A stretch of 64,000 nt of DNA from Laetmonice hystrix (GCA_965235115.1 OZ249443.1:2542001-2606000); one strand, 5' to 3'. Counted from the first letter of the stretch, positions 1 through 13,199 are shown. The notes: generated by a model from the sequence alone, not told the origin. Made by a program: numbers and translations.

Positions 1-96
1 CGTTACACCCTGTCCATAGTCCAGTCGGACGCCGGGGTGTAGGCCTCAGTATCATCTACACCCTATAGACCCTATAGGCGGACCCCGACCGCCTAG

Positions 97-856
97 CCCT
101 TACAAAATATGGAAGGTCACAAACCTGCGCTTGTCACACTGGAGAGACTGGACACCCAGAGGCCCTCTTACAAAATATAGGAGGTCACAAACGTGCGCCT
201 GTCACACTGGGGAGACTGGACACCCAGAGGCCCCCTTACAAAATATGGAAGGTCACAAACGAGTGTCTGTCACACTGGAGAGACTGGACACCCAGAGGCC
301 CTCTTACAAAATATAGAAGGTCACAAACGAGCGCCGGTCACACTGGAGAGACTGGACACCCAGAGGCCCTCTTACAAAATATGGAAGGTCACAAACGAGC
401 GCCTGTCACACTGGAGAGACTGGACACCCAGAGAACCTCTTACATAAATTTATATATGGAAGGTCACAAACGTGCGCCTGTCACACTGGGGAGACTGGAC
501 ACCCAGAGGCCCTCCTACAAAATATGGAAGGTCACAAACGTGCGCCTGTCACACTGGGGAGACTGGACACCCAGAGAACCTCTTACATTTATATATGGAA
601 GGTCACAAACGTGCGCCTGTCACATTGGAGACACTGGACACCCAGAGGCCCTCCTACAAAATATGGAAGGTCACAAACGAGCGCCGGTCACACTGGAGAG
701 TCTGGACACCCAGAGGCCCTCTTACAAAATATAGAAGGTCACAAACGTGCGCCTGTCACACTGGAGAGACTGGACACCCAGAGGCCCCCTTACAAAATAT
801 AGAAGGTCACAAACGAGCGCCTGTTACACTGGAGAGACTGGACACCCAGAGGCCCT
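97..856. repeat. 68-bp minisatellite, ~11 copies
   Basis: Unit gaaggtcacaaacgtgcgcctgtcacactggagagactggacacccagaggccctcttacaaaatatg recurs at 68-bp spacing (some 71/75). Explains ORFs 131-885. Confidence 0.95.
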
Positions 857-879
857 GCCGCAGGTCATTACAGTATCCT

Positions 880-1250
880 TACTAATCTGAGACCTGATTC
901 TGGAGACATGTTTTATCTAAATTATAAATCCTTCGGTACTGGACCGACTGTCCGTGGAGTTGTAGGCGGGGTTCCTTGTCTGGCCTGGTGCAGGATATCA
1001 TCCAAAGGCAAAGGGTTGGGTCAATTTTCAGAGGGTGGTGCACCTTTTTCAATGATTTCGGCATACTTTTAACACGAAGAAATACTGCTCTGACCGTTTG
1101 GCTGCAGTGCCTGCCTGTCGACCAGAGCGCTGAGTGTGGAGGAACATCATCATATCAGGATGTTTTGTTGAAGACTGATCAGACCTGACAATAACTGATA
1201 GGATACGGTGATGAGGGGAAGCAGCGGGATGGAGAGGTCGTCCTTCATCA
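880..1250 (-). mobile_element. possible decayed LINE reverse-transcriptase fragment
   Basis: Broken minus frames give *YDD... then LKIDPTLCLWM...PRLQLHGQSVQY..YNLDK, loosely like the YADD...L.IN..KT...L.L.G..V..KYLG..LD stretch of non-LTR RTs. Judged by eye only. Confidence 0.3.
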
Positions 1251-2115
1251 GGTGAAAAACATGATAAAATAGATGAATGTAATTTTTGGTTGTCACCTGA
1301 GGGCAGGCTGAGAACGTGAGAGCTTCATTACACCGGTCGAGCTGCCTGCTTCACCAGCCGTGGGCCGTGAGTGGGCTCTCACAGGTAGATCCAACATCGT
1401 AACATCGCGATGAATTTTGGTGGAAATAAAAATTTTACAAGAGTTGATTTGGTACTTTGTGTTACACAGTGATTAGAAAAAAAGACGAAAGTTTACAAGT
1501 TCCTCTGAACTCCCTAGGGGAGGGGGAGGATATATTACACACATGACGGTTTAACTGTTGGTATGTCGACTTCTGTACGTCAATCTGCCTCGATACACTC
1601 CCAAAACGTTAGCTTTGGCGGCGAATACTCGTAGTAAAAAACCGAGGGGTGTAAGTGTGTTAAATGGTATCCTCCCCACTATATCTGCCATTCAGCGGAC
1701 AGAACTGCAGGACCTCAATCTGTGGGGCGAGACCTGGGGACCGATTCACTAAACACTCGTATTCTACGAGCTCGTATTTTCTGTAGCTACATCATAGCAA
1801 AATGTTTTTCTTGTTTACGACCTGTGAGGCCATGTGAGCTCGTGCAGTCAACGAGCCGCTGACTGTACGGCTGCAGGAACACTGAGCATGATTCAGGGAT
1901 GGAATGTGTCAAGTCAGAATGAGGGGACAGTTATAGTGTGCCCACATCATAGATACAGTCTGTAATATGTTATATAGGTATTTATGATAGGTTAAATGAT
2001 GCCCTGTCGGAGAGTACTACTACTGGCTGGAGGTCTGGCTACAAGCTGAAGGCTGAAACGATGGGGTGTGAGGGACAGAACACGGTCAGGGTTTGAGGGG
2101 TATTTATAAGTTATA

Positions 2116-2404
2116 CAGTCTGTTCGCTCTAAGAAGAGCTTGACCCCGGCCTCATTATAAGCTGTGACCTGCCCCCTCCTCCCGGCTACCCACAGCTGGC
2201 GTATCACAAGTCGCCACTGCTTGTCACTCAAGAATGGCACCAAACTCCATGTGGTTCTGTATTACCCCAAATGGAGTGCTCACCCCAGCTTTACATCCTC
2301 CCGCGGGCAGCCGTTACGGCCCGCGGCCTGTTATTGGACACGCTGGAGGAGTGGGGTGGGAGGGTCATGAATATCCCCGTGCTCTTCTTAGAGCGAACAG
2401 ACTG
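2116..2404. mobile_element. Tc1/mariner-type MITE
   Basis: Perfect 24-bp TIRs CAGTCTGTTCGCTCTAAGAAGAGC (2116-2139) / GCTCTTCTTAGAGCGAACAGACTG (2381-2404), each flanked by TA. No coding capacity. Confidence 0.75.
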
Positions 2405-2589
2405 TAGGTTAAATGATGCTCTGTCGGAGAGTACTGCTGGATGGAGGTCTGAAACAGTGGGGTGTACCTACCACGGTCAGGGTTTGAGGGGTCAGTGGGA
2501 ACAGAATCGGGGAGAGAGAACTGGGGAGAAGGGTTTGAGGGGTGAGTGCGACAAAATTGGGGAGCTAGTGCTGCCATGTTTAGGACAGA

Positions 2590-3450
2590 AAGAAAAAACA
2601 GCTTTAAGAAAATATCTGAACAGAGAAAATTTCTTTTGCTCATCATAGCTTGGCCATGAGTTTAGGAACTCTGATAAAGGGCTGTTCTTCTCGAGCTGTA
2701 GCTCCCGTCCTCCTATTAATAAATCTAGTTCCACATTTGGCCCATAGATATTTTAATGACGAAATACTTTTTACAAAATGTTGTACGTTGGGAACTTCAA
2801 GTTGCCAGAAATAATTAGATGGAGCTTCTTTGTAGCTTAATTAGATCCTTTGTCTTTTTGTCATTTTTAGACTAAGGTTGGCCTTGAAACTTGAAAAAGT
2901 CGCTTCTCAGCAAGGAATTCCTTGCCATCATTCCACTGTATTGAAAGTACGAGTAATTTCCTTGTTTGGAATCTAGAACAAAAGAGTTGCGTGTTGTTTG
3001 GGCCCTGTAATGTATTTTAATTTAGCTAACCAAAAAAAACTTACAAAGCGGAGAGCAGTCCGCAGTAAATGACATGAGGTCATGGCATTGGCCAGCGTTG
3101 TAAACAATGTCAGCCGGATATAATGAGCGGGTTAAACGTCAGACAACATGATCAACATTTCCTGTGTCCTTGGGCGTCTTGTTTGAATTAGTTTGAATGT
3201 TAACCTCCTCTCCTTCATAGTTCAGGGCAAAGTGAAGAATACGATTTTGTTTTCTTGGGGGAGAGACTTATTATCATCATCTTACGTCACCATGCCCCTA
3301 AGGTCGCCAGAAATGGAGAATACCTTGTCTCTAATACACACAACATGCTGATCAAATTAAAGTCTGCCATCGAGTCGATAGAATTGCTCCAAGAAGTGAA
3401 TTTTTCAAATGGCTCCGAAAACCTTTAAAGAACAGTGGAAGGAAGAGAAA
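2590..3450 (-). mobile_element. decayed LINE (L2/CR1-like) 3' portion
   Basis: Interrupted minus frames: ...LGAW*RKMMIISLSPKKTK... and ...SISSLKYL..GTRFINRRTGATAREE..., resembling post-RT and C-terminal segments of L2/CR1 ORF2. Many stops. Confidence 0.35.
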
Positions 3451-3654
3451 AAACTGAATTGAGATCAAATTTACACAATGGTGCCGTGCGAAAGATGTAC
3501 AAGAGGACACCACGTGAGGCTAGGGGACATCGACATTAATTTTGTTATTGTAGCAGAAATGGAACTCGGCCCAGAAATGTGAAGTTGACAGTGGAAGAGA
3601 TTGGTATGATTGAGAGGGCAGGGGACGAGATGGTCGTAATGACGATAACAGGGC

Positions 3655-3820
3655 CTGGGTAATGTCTATAACAGGGGTCAGTCAGCTTGGGTAATGTCTA
3701 TAGCAGGGGTCAGTCAGCTTGGGGTTGATACTAACAGAGGTCAGTTAGCTTGGGTAATGTCTATTGCAGGGGTCAGTTAGCTTGGGGGTGATAATGGCTC
3801 TAACAGGGGTCAGTTAGCGG
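3655..3820. repeat. imperfect ~32-bp tandem repeat, ~5 copies
   Basis: gggtaatgtctatancaggggtcagtyagctt repeated. Confidence 0.85.
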
Positions 3821-4145
3821 ATGAGTAACGGCTGTTCCAGTAGGCATAGTCCTGAAATGGTTACAGTTCCACCGTTTACCCTCCTGATGTAGGGCACAGA
3901 TGCCTTTTACAGATTGTGAAATCTAGGCCCAAACGACATGATGGTATACCTACTCAACCCCCACCCACTAATTCCGTGACCTCTCTTGTTTAATAATTTA
4001 CGATTTCCAAATTACAAAACCTACTCTGGGAAGATGTTCCCTTTATAGAACACAATTTTGTTTAATGGTTTTCAAGCTTGATTAGATGGCCGACGAGCTG
4101 AGCACCTGACGACTGTGTCTGTTTTAGGTAAGCTCTATCGCTCAC

Positions 4146-4241
4146 CGTCTGCCCGCAGGCCAGGATGGCTGGAGGCGGGAGACTGGAGTTTGTAAAACAG
4201 CTGTGGTCCACCTCTAAACCAGCGTGTATCAGCATGCACCG
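4146..4241 (-). CDS. candidate internal exon of an unidentified minus-strand gene
   Basis: Acceptor tttaattacag, donor ACG|gtgagc, 96 nt. Two open frames (RCMLIHAGLEVDHSCFTNSSLPPPAILACGQT or AVHADTRWFRGGPQLFYKLQSPASSHPGLRAD). No homology recognised. Confidence 0.4.
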
Positions 4242-4522
4242 CTGTAATTAAACTTATGAACTCACCCCCTCCCTCCCCCTCCTCATGGGAGTGTGGGTAG
4301 GTTGGTGCCGCTAGGTGTGCAGTCCGTCCTGTGGTCGGTCTGGGGAGACGGCTATAGTACAGGTGGTGGGATGGTTATAGGGAGCCAATACCTGCAGATG
4401 GTGCTAGTGGTGCTCTATGGTTGCTGGTGGCCCATTGCCGGTGACCCAATCCAAATCCCCCTGAAATGCAATGCAAATGCTAAAATGCAAATGCTAAAAT
4501 GCAATCCCCTAGGACCACCCTA

Positions 4523-4718
4523 GGACTTGAAGTCCGTGATGTTGTGAATATTTCTTCATAATCCTATCCCTAATCCTATAATCTTAACCGAAATCCATTT
4601 GTATTTTCTAAATTATATTGTCTTATACCACAACGTTAATGACCTATAGGACCTGCGTAACCAAGGAATCCAGGTCCGGCGGACCTCCATTCCGGCGGAC
4701 TTACATTCCCTTCACACC
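4523..4718 (+). mobile_element. interspersed repeat, HINE/Helentron-associated-like, copy 1
   Basis: 4546-4675 is clearly homologous to 16883-17007. Contains a cctaat/cctaac-type tract, a GGACTT-G-AAGTCC palindrome and a GTCCG-G-CGGAC hairpin. Family call is inference. Confidence 0.55.
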
Positions 4719-5017
4719 AGGCCAACCAATGGCAGACAGTAACGTTGACGCCTGTGTTGTCCTCAGAAACCACCAGCTAAATTATTTAATATGACTTGAA
4801 CATGTATGCGCTTGAAAAATTCCGTGTGGTAGCTCTTCTAATACAGCCTTCACTGACTTGTTTGGTTGTCATGGCAACAGTTTCTTTCATCAACATTCGG
4901 GGAATGATTTAATTAACATGTGTGGAGACAAAAAGTCGGAGCTTTAATTAGCCTGAGGCGTTCATCCTCCGCGTCCCCTCCCGTCGCTGGTCCGTGATCG
5001 GAACAAAAAACTTGTAA

Positions 5018-5578
5018 ATCGCTCCTAGTTGTGAGGAGAGGATCCTGATAGTGTTACCAGTGGGGTGTATGTTCTGGGTGTCGAGGAGCAGCAGGCGGGG
5101 AGGTATGATGTGGGGTTCCAGAGATCTACATCGCTCCTAGTTGTGGGGAGAGGATCCTGATAGTGTTACCAGTGGGGTGTATGTTCTGGGTGTCGAGGAG
5201 CAGCAGGCGGGAAGGTATGATGTGGGGTTCCAGAGATCTACATCGCTCCTAGTTGTGGGGAGAGGATCCTGATAGTGTTACCAGTGGGGTGTATGTTCTG
5301 GGTGTCGAGGAGCAGCAGGCGGGAAGGTATGATGTGGGGTTCCAGAGATCTACATCGCTCCTAGTTGTGGGGAGAGGATCCTGATAGTGTTACCAGTGGG
5401 GTGTATGTTCTGGGTGTCGAGGAGCAGCAGGCGGGAAGGTATGATGTGGGGTTCCAGAGATCTACATCGCTCCTAGTTGTGGGGAGAGGATCCTGATAGT
5501 GTTACCAGTGGGGTGTATGTTCTGGGTGTCGAGGAGCAGCAGGCGGGAAGGTATGATGTGGGGTTCCAGAGATCTACA
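5018..5578. repeat. 112-bp minisatellite, 5 copies
   Basis: atcgctcctagttgtggggagagg... recurs at 5018, 5130, 5242, 5354, 5466. Confidence 0.95.
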
Positions 5579-6160
5579 TGGTGTCAGGAACACTTTGGAT
5601 ATTTTGATCAGTGTGGCTCTGTGTGGAATTGAGAATTAATCTTCTACACTAAACATCTTTTCAGTTCCTCAAATCTCCCTTATTATCCTGGCATTTATAT
5701 TATATTGCGACTTTTGAAAGTTTGAGAAATTAATGGCGTTATTTTTCCCCCAAATTAGATGTGGAAAACCTAGGAGACGACAATTACTCAATGTTGCAGT
5801 CAATCTACACACGTTCACACCCACACCCAAACCCTGTCCAATACCGTACATTGTACGTGACCAGTCGGGCGTGACCTTGGTGATCAGAGGGGCCGGCTAA
5901 CTGGGTCAGGTATCTAGGTCAGCAGGCTGACCCCGGTGTGGTTTAATCACGTGACTGACCCAGCCTCCGTCCCAGAGTCGGGGACCACGAGTTTTCATGG
6001 CTGATATCGTTAGATCATGTATAACAAGAATCGTCTTTATGCCATAAATTATGGTGACATGATGTCCTGTGATAAAAACGAAATGGTGACATGAATTCAG
6101 AAAGAGTAAATGGTTATTTGAATTCAAGTAATATAGTTGATCGGAAAGCATTGCCACTTT

Positions 6161-7450
6161 ACCCGTGAACAGAGCACAGAGAGGGAGCTCATGTCAAACC
6201 TTGCGGTGATCTGTGTACCCGGGAACAGAGCACAGAGAGGGGCCTCATGTCAAACCTTGCGGTGATCTCTGTACCCGTGAACAGAGCACAGAGAGGGAGC
6301 TCATGTCAAACCTTGCGGTGATCTGTGTACCCGTGAACAGAGCACAGAGAGGGAGCTCATGTCAAACCTTGTGGTGGTCTGTGTACCCGTGAACAGAGCA
6401 CAGAGAGGGAGCTCATGTCAAACCTTGTGGTGATCTGTGTACCCGTGAACAGAGCACAGAGAGGGAGCTCATGTCAAACCTTGTGGTGGTCTGTGTACCC
6501 GTGAACAGAGCACAGAGAGGGAGCTCATGTCAAACCTTGTGGTGATCTGTGTACCCGTGAACAGAGCACAGAGAGGGAGCTCATGTCAAACCTTGTGGTG
6601 ATCTGTGTACCCGTGAACAGAGCACAGAGAGGGAGCTCATGTCAAACCTTGCGGTGATCTGTGTACCCGTGAACAGAGCACAGAGAGGGAGCTCATGTCA
6701 AACCTTGTGGTGGTCTGTGTACCCGTGAACAGAGCACAGAGAGGGAGCTCATGTCAAACCTTGTGGTGATCTCTGTACCCGGGAACAGAGCACAGAGAGG
6801 GAGCTCATGTCAAATCTTGTGGTGGTCTGTGTACCCGGGAACAGAGCACAGAGAGGGAGCTCATGTCAAACCTTGTGGTGGTCTGTGTACCCGGGAACAG
6901 AGCACAGAGAGGGAGCTCATGTCAAACCTTGTGGTGGTCTGTGTACCCGGGAACAGAGCACAGAGAGGGGCCTCATGTCAAACCTTGTGGTGGTCTGTGT
7001 ACCCGTGAACAGAGCACAGAGAGGGAGCTCATGTCAAACCTTGTGGTGATCTGTGTACCCGTGAACAGAGCACAGAGAGGGAGCTCATGTCAAACCTTGC
7101 GGTGATCTGTGTACCCGGGAACAGAGCACAGAGAGGGAGCTCATGTCAAACCTTGTGGTGGTCTGTGTACCCGTGAACAGAGCACAGAGAGGGAGCTCAT
7201 GTCAAACCTTGTGGTGATCTGTGTACCCGTGAACAGAGCACAGAGAGGGAGCTCATGTCAAACCTTGTGGTGGTCTGTGTACCCGTGAACAGAGCACAGA
7301 GAGGGAGCTCATGTCAAACCTTGCGGTGATCTGTGTACCCGGGAACAGAGCACAGAGAGGGAGCTCATGTCAAACCTTGCGGTGGTCTGTGTACCCGGGA
7401 ACAGAGAACAGAGAGGGAGCTCATGTCAAACCTTGTGGTGATCTGTGTAC
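6161..7450. repeat. 56-bp minisatellite, ~23 copies
   Basis: ccgtgaacagagcacagagagggagctcatgtcaaaccttgtggtgatctgtgtac; the ORFs listed here are offset by 56. Confidence 0.97.
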
Positions 7451-7579
7451 AAGGATCAAAGGAAGCAATGTCAGGGATGGGTTTCTGTTATCATTAGTCC
7501 TGTTTGTCTCGTGGTTTGTGTGGAGTCAGGTCTCTGGTGATGTCACAACATCTTCCATCTCCTAGCTCTAGCTCTGACC

Positions 7580-7743
7580 CTGTTTCTTTCTCTCTCTGTC
7601 TCTCCGTCTCTCCTTCCGTCTTTCTCTGTCCCTCTGTGTCTCTGTACATGTCTGTCTGTACCTCTCTCTCTCTGTCTCTCCGTCTTTCCTCCCGTCTCTC
7701 TCTGTGCCTCCGTCTCTCTCTGTCTCTATACGTCTGTCTATAC

Positions 7744-7796
<53 letters not shown>

Positions 7797-7875
7797 TCTC
7801 TGTCTCCTTCCGTCTCCTTCTCTCTTTCTGTTTCCGTCTGAGCCGTCTTTCTGTCTCTCTATCTCTCTCTGTCTC
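7580..7875. repeat. CT-rich microsatellite / low complexity
   Basis: (ct)n and ctgtct runs. Confidence 0.95.
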
Positions 7876-8370
7876 AGCTCTCCGTGAAGACACAACACAG
7901 GACTGTTGTGATTGATGAAAACGGCGTCCGACCATGTTCCTTGTCACTCTATTCACTGATAGATATCTGTCACCATGGCCACAGTTGCCATGGTTCCCAG
8001 GGTCCTTGAAGTCCATCTGGCCGAGTCCCGTTGTTCACATTGCCTTTGTTTCCATTTCCAGGTCAAGTGATTGACCTTACGTGATGTGAGGTAATGACCT
8101 TCATGAGTTTGACCCACTCTGGATAAACTAAACTGAGGGACCGATTGATAGGACGTGACCCATGGTGAATTAACCACTCATAGCATCCAAGGTTATTCTA
8201 GTCTGTATACATGGCACAATTAGGGCACTATCCAAGTCCACATAACCCAGTGTAATGAGTCCTTAGATCTGCAATACTTTGCAATACTTTGTACCTGAGT
8301 TATAATATTTCTGTGGAAAATCTAGGCTGGTTGAGCAGTCAGGCTAAGATGAGAGTTCTCTTCTCAGTTT

Positions 8371-9886
8371 ACTGATCTGTCAGTGTACAGAACTTGTTAG
8401 ATTCTATCATACAGATTGACTGGGTGGTGAAACCATTCAACTAACCATACACTGACCTGTCAGTGTACAAAACCTGTTAGATTCTATCATACAGATTGAC
8501 TGGGCGGTGAAACCATTCAACTAACCATACACTGATCTGTCAGTGTACAGAACTTGTTAGATTCTATCATACAGATTGACTGGGCGGTGAAACCATTCAA
8601 CTAACCATACACTGATCTGTCAGTGTACAGAACTTGTTAGATTCTATCATACAGATTGACTGGGCGGTGAAACCATTCAACTAACCGTACACTGATCTGT
8701 CAGTGTACAGAACCTGTTAGATTCTATCATACAGATTGACTGGGCGGTGAAACCATTCAACTAACCATACACTGATCTGTCAGTGTACAAAACCTGTTAG
8801 ATTCTATCATACAGATTGACTGGGCGGTGAAACCATTCAACTAACCGTACACTGATCTGTCAGTGTACAGAACCTGTTAGATTCTATCATACAGATTGAC
8901 TGGGCGGTGAAACCATTCAACTAACCATACACTGATCTGTCAGTGTACAAAACCTGTTAGATTCTATCATACAGATTGACTGGGCGGTAAAACCATTCAA
9001 CTAACCATACACTGATCTGTCAGTGTACAGAACTTGTTAGATTCTATCATACCGATTGACTGGGCGGTGAAACCATTCAACTAACCATACACTGATCTGT
9101 CAGTGTACAGAACTTGTTAGATTCTATCATACAGATTGACTGGGCGGTGAAACCATTCAACTAACCATACACTGATCTGTCAGTGTACAGAACCTGTTAG
9201 ATTCTATCATACAGATTGACTGGGCGGTGAAACCATTCAACTAACCGTACACTGATCTGTCAGTGTACAGAACCTGTTAGATTCTATCATACCGATTGAC
9301 TGGGCGGTGAAACCATTCAACTAACCATACACTGATCTGTCAGTGTACAGAACTTGTTAGATTCTATCATACAGATTGACTGGGCGGTGAAACCATTGAA
9401 CTAACCATACACTGATCTGTCAGTGTACAGAACTTGTTAGATTCTATCATACCGATTGACTGGGCGGTGAAACCATTCAACTAACCATACACTGATCTGT
9501 CAGTGTACAGAACTTGTTAGATTCTATCATACCGATTGACTGGGCGGTGAAACCATTCAACTAACCATACACTGATCTGTCAGTGTACAGAACTTGTTAG
9601 ATTCTATCATACCGATTGACTGGGCGGTGAAACCATTCAACTAACCATACACTGATCTGTCAGTCTACAGAACTTGTTAGATTCCATCATACAGATTGAC
9701 TGGGCGGTGAAACCATTCAACTAACCATACACTGATCTGTCAGTCTACAGAACTTGTTAGATTCCATCATACAGATTGACTGGGCGGTGAAACCATTCAA
9801 CTAACCATACACTGATCTGTCAGTCTACAGAACTTGTTAGATTCCATCATACAGATTGACTGGGCGGTGAAACCATTCAACTAACC
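8371..9886. repeat. 80-bp minisatellite, 19 copies
   Basis: actgatctgtcagtgtacagaacttgttagattctatcatacagattgactgggcggtgaaaccattcaactaaccatac. Confidence 0.97.
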
Positions 9887-12035
9887 CTACTCGACACATG
9901 GCAGTGTGTCAGAGTCCAGTCAGTGTGGTCAGTTAGTGGACCATTATAGTGGTCAGCATGACCTCAACACTTTGTCCTACCCCAAGGTCAAATCTGATCT
10001 CCTCGCTGGCCAGTGTCCAGTGTGTGTGACCGGCCTGTGGTCAGCCAATAAGGAGTCATGTTACAACTAGTAATGAGATCCCAGCCATCGTCTGTGAATG
10101 ACGTAACTGAGGATGACATGTCTCACAGGCAGGGGTGGGTGGGTGGGGGGGGGGGGGGGGCTTTCGGATCTCACCCTTTCCCATAGTCTGTGGATAATCT
10201 ATACCTTCTGATACCCCAGGAGATTGAGATCTATGGGTTGGGGGTTGACCTGTCCAAGTCGGTTAAATATTGACTCCTAACGAGAGGAATAAAGTGACCG
10301 ATGGTCATGTCTAAATATAGCCCTGACTGTCTGTCAAGCAGTGTCCGGAGCCCCCCCCCCAGCGCCCCCCAGCCCCCCCCCCCCCCCAACAACCTTCAGT
10401 GAGTGAGTCAGCTGTAGACAGGCCGGGTTGTGGGCAGGTATGGAGTGGGTCGGTGTGACTCAGTCAGGTTGGTCTATATACACACCTCCACAGTCGGCTT
10501 TCATGGATTATTTGACATGAGTACGCCACAGGTGCCTGGGGCTGGTGTAAACCCTAACATTTTCACGCACTCAAAATTTTGACAGTTTCTGAGACCAGTT
10601 AGAAATCTGTAGACTTGACGGGTTCATAGCAAGCTTCGGGAAACAAGCATGCGTTTCATATGACAAAAATTGTAATGAAAAAAAAAATTATCTGTGCAGA
10701 TCATGCTCTAAGGTTGACAGTGTGTAAGACTTTGTGAGTTTACGGTAAATCGGTGTGCCTTGTCAACACCTAATGTTGAATAGCTAGTACAACAAAAGGC
10801 TTTGTCATGTTAATGGCATTAGTTCAGCAAAGTGAGTAAAAACTTGTGACCATGTCTGACAGGGGGCTGACTTACGATGGCGAGGAGAACCGGACAAAAA
10901 ACTTGGAAGTGATTGAAATAGAGAATGGTACTTATCTTTATGGAACAATCGCCATGAGTCAGTCTGAGTACTGTCAGCGATCTAATGACTAACTGAATGC
11001 TGAAGGCGATAAATTAACACTGAGACACCACCTCGAGTTGTGTGAAGTGGGGAGAAGTCGTATTGTGTGAAGTGTACGATCTCTCGTTTTTATCATCTCC
11101 CAACCCGACCTGTGTTTGTATAACACCAGTTTATAAATATTTATTGTGTTATCTTGGTTAAATTGGCCATCAATTACTGGAATAAGTCGCTAAAAAGTGT
11201 GTGTTGTTCAGCACGGGGTACACATAACTGAGTGAAATACATACACAGCTGTTTATATATTAGAAAACTAAACACATACGTTCTGACAAAACAGGAACTT
11301 TGAGATTATTCATGTCATACATTGGATTGGGTGGACACTGGTGGTAATATTACAGTGAGATATAATGTTTGATACAACCAGAACTGTTGGGGAGGTACCT
11401 AAGTGACCTTGGTGAGGGTCAAAGGTCGGTACGGACCTCCAAACCTGCCTGAGGTCATGACCTCCCATTGTGACAGGTCCTCAGGGGGTTAGATTGGATA
11501 AAATAAAATATCTCTGCTCCTTTAGAATTGAAGACCGGCAGACAAAGTAAGACTCATGAAAGGCCGTCTACGGTATAATGAGTACTTGTCGACTAACGTG
11601 TGGTAGTTCAATATCCTACTGGGACACAGGTCACCGATTGACCCTAATCCGGGGGTGTTAACTTAATGCTGATTAATTATCAGGATTAACGGTATGGTCC
11701 TAGCCCTGCGGGTTTGGTCTGACCTTGAGTTGACCTTGATGATTGACGTGACGGGAGGAGTTGGGGATTAACGGTATGGTCCTAGCCCTGCGGGTTTGGT
11801 CTGACCTTGAGTTGACCTTGATGATTGACGTGATGGTAGGAGTTGAGGAATGTCAAATACTGTGATTGGTGTAACCCCAGGCGGGCTCAGGTTAACGTGG
11901 TCAACAATCATCCTAACAAGGTTTGGTAATAATTATAATGTTACACTTAGGGTCCAGTAGGAAACATCACAAAACTCCTGGGCCCAGTTCGTAAACACTT
12001 ACGATCGTGAACACTTCAGATCGTGCTTTAGCTTA

Positions 12036-12093
12036 AGCTTAACGCTTCTGATTGGCTGGTTGAAGCAGACCAGCCAATCAGAAGCGTTAAGCT
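12036..12093. repeat. perfect 25-bp inverted repeat with 8-nt loop
   Basis: agcttaacgcttctgattggctggt-tgaagcag-accagccaatcagaagcgttaagct. Confidence 0.95.
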
Positions 12094-13199
12094 CGGGATG
12101 TTTTAAATCTCCGAATGGTCCAGTGCCTCAGTTTCCTGGGCTGAATGTTGCGTCTAAATTTGCCACGGGCCAGATTTGAAACTAGTCTCGGATTGAAACG
12201 TGCGCCACCACCAATTTCAGCCACCTAGTGTCATATCCGTAAACTAGTACCATCCATGGTAGACCTGTAAATAGCTCAAAGACAGGCGACATGGCCCCTC
12301 GATCTTATGATATATTATCAAAGTACCCCAGCTGTCAGACTCGGGGTGACTCGACTGGCATCTAGATGTCAGAGTGGCCTATATTCTCACCTCTCTCCTC
12401 CCCATTCAACCCCCAAACCCAAACCCCCAAACTCAAACCCTCAAACTACAACCCCCTTCAACACAAAGGGTTGAGTTCAGACATCGCTACCACCCGACCC
12501 CACTCTTTCCGACACATAGAAATCACCCTGTTTGAGACCAGTTCAACACACCTTAAAGATGTGAAATCAACCCCTTCACAATGGGAGGGGGTACACAGGT
12601 AAACCCCACACGGGAGGGTAAGCTGGGGTAGGGTGACAAACCTGACCCCCTGACATCATCGTCTTCAATGCTGTCTTTATGTGGGAAGCCGTCAGTGATT
12701 GTCATCCACGATCAGGGCACGGGGTGTTTCACACACCCCCTCAATCCTCACCCTTTATTACCACATGTTTACCCTCCTATCATCTACCTCCCCTGCTGGC
12801 TCGGAAACCGTTGATTTTATTGATATTTCTGCCACAAACCAAGTGATAAATGTTAGTTTACAAATTATGCCGGTTTGTGTCACCTTCACCTTGAAGTGTC
12901 CCAGGAGATGTAAAAAATTGCAGGTGAACAGTTATGACCTTCAACTTCCATGTTATCAGTTTGATCTTGAGGCCATCTACCCATAACGTTTCCTTGGTAT
13001 ACATACATGTACGTATACTAGGTACAGGTAAGCCTATCAGCAAGAATTCCAGTCCATCAGTCTGTCTAAGATTTGGCGACCTTGACGTGGATGCTATGGT
13101 AACCCTAGTATTGGATTACGAGTACTTAGGTCTTAAAGGTGCTATTCGTGAAAAAAAAAAATTTTTACTTTTAATTTTGTTGACGTTTATGTGATCCCA

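Noticed and set aside
7878-8070. Exon after the CT microsatellite
   Set aside because: The apparent pyrimidine tract is just the microsatellite; frames close with stops and no convincing donor is in phase.
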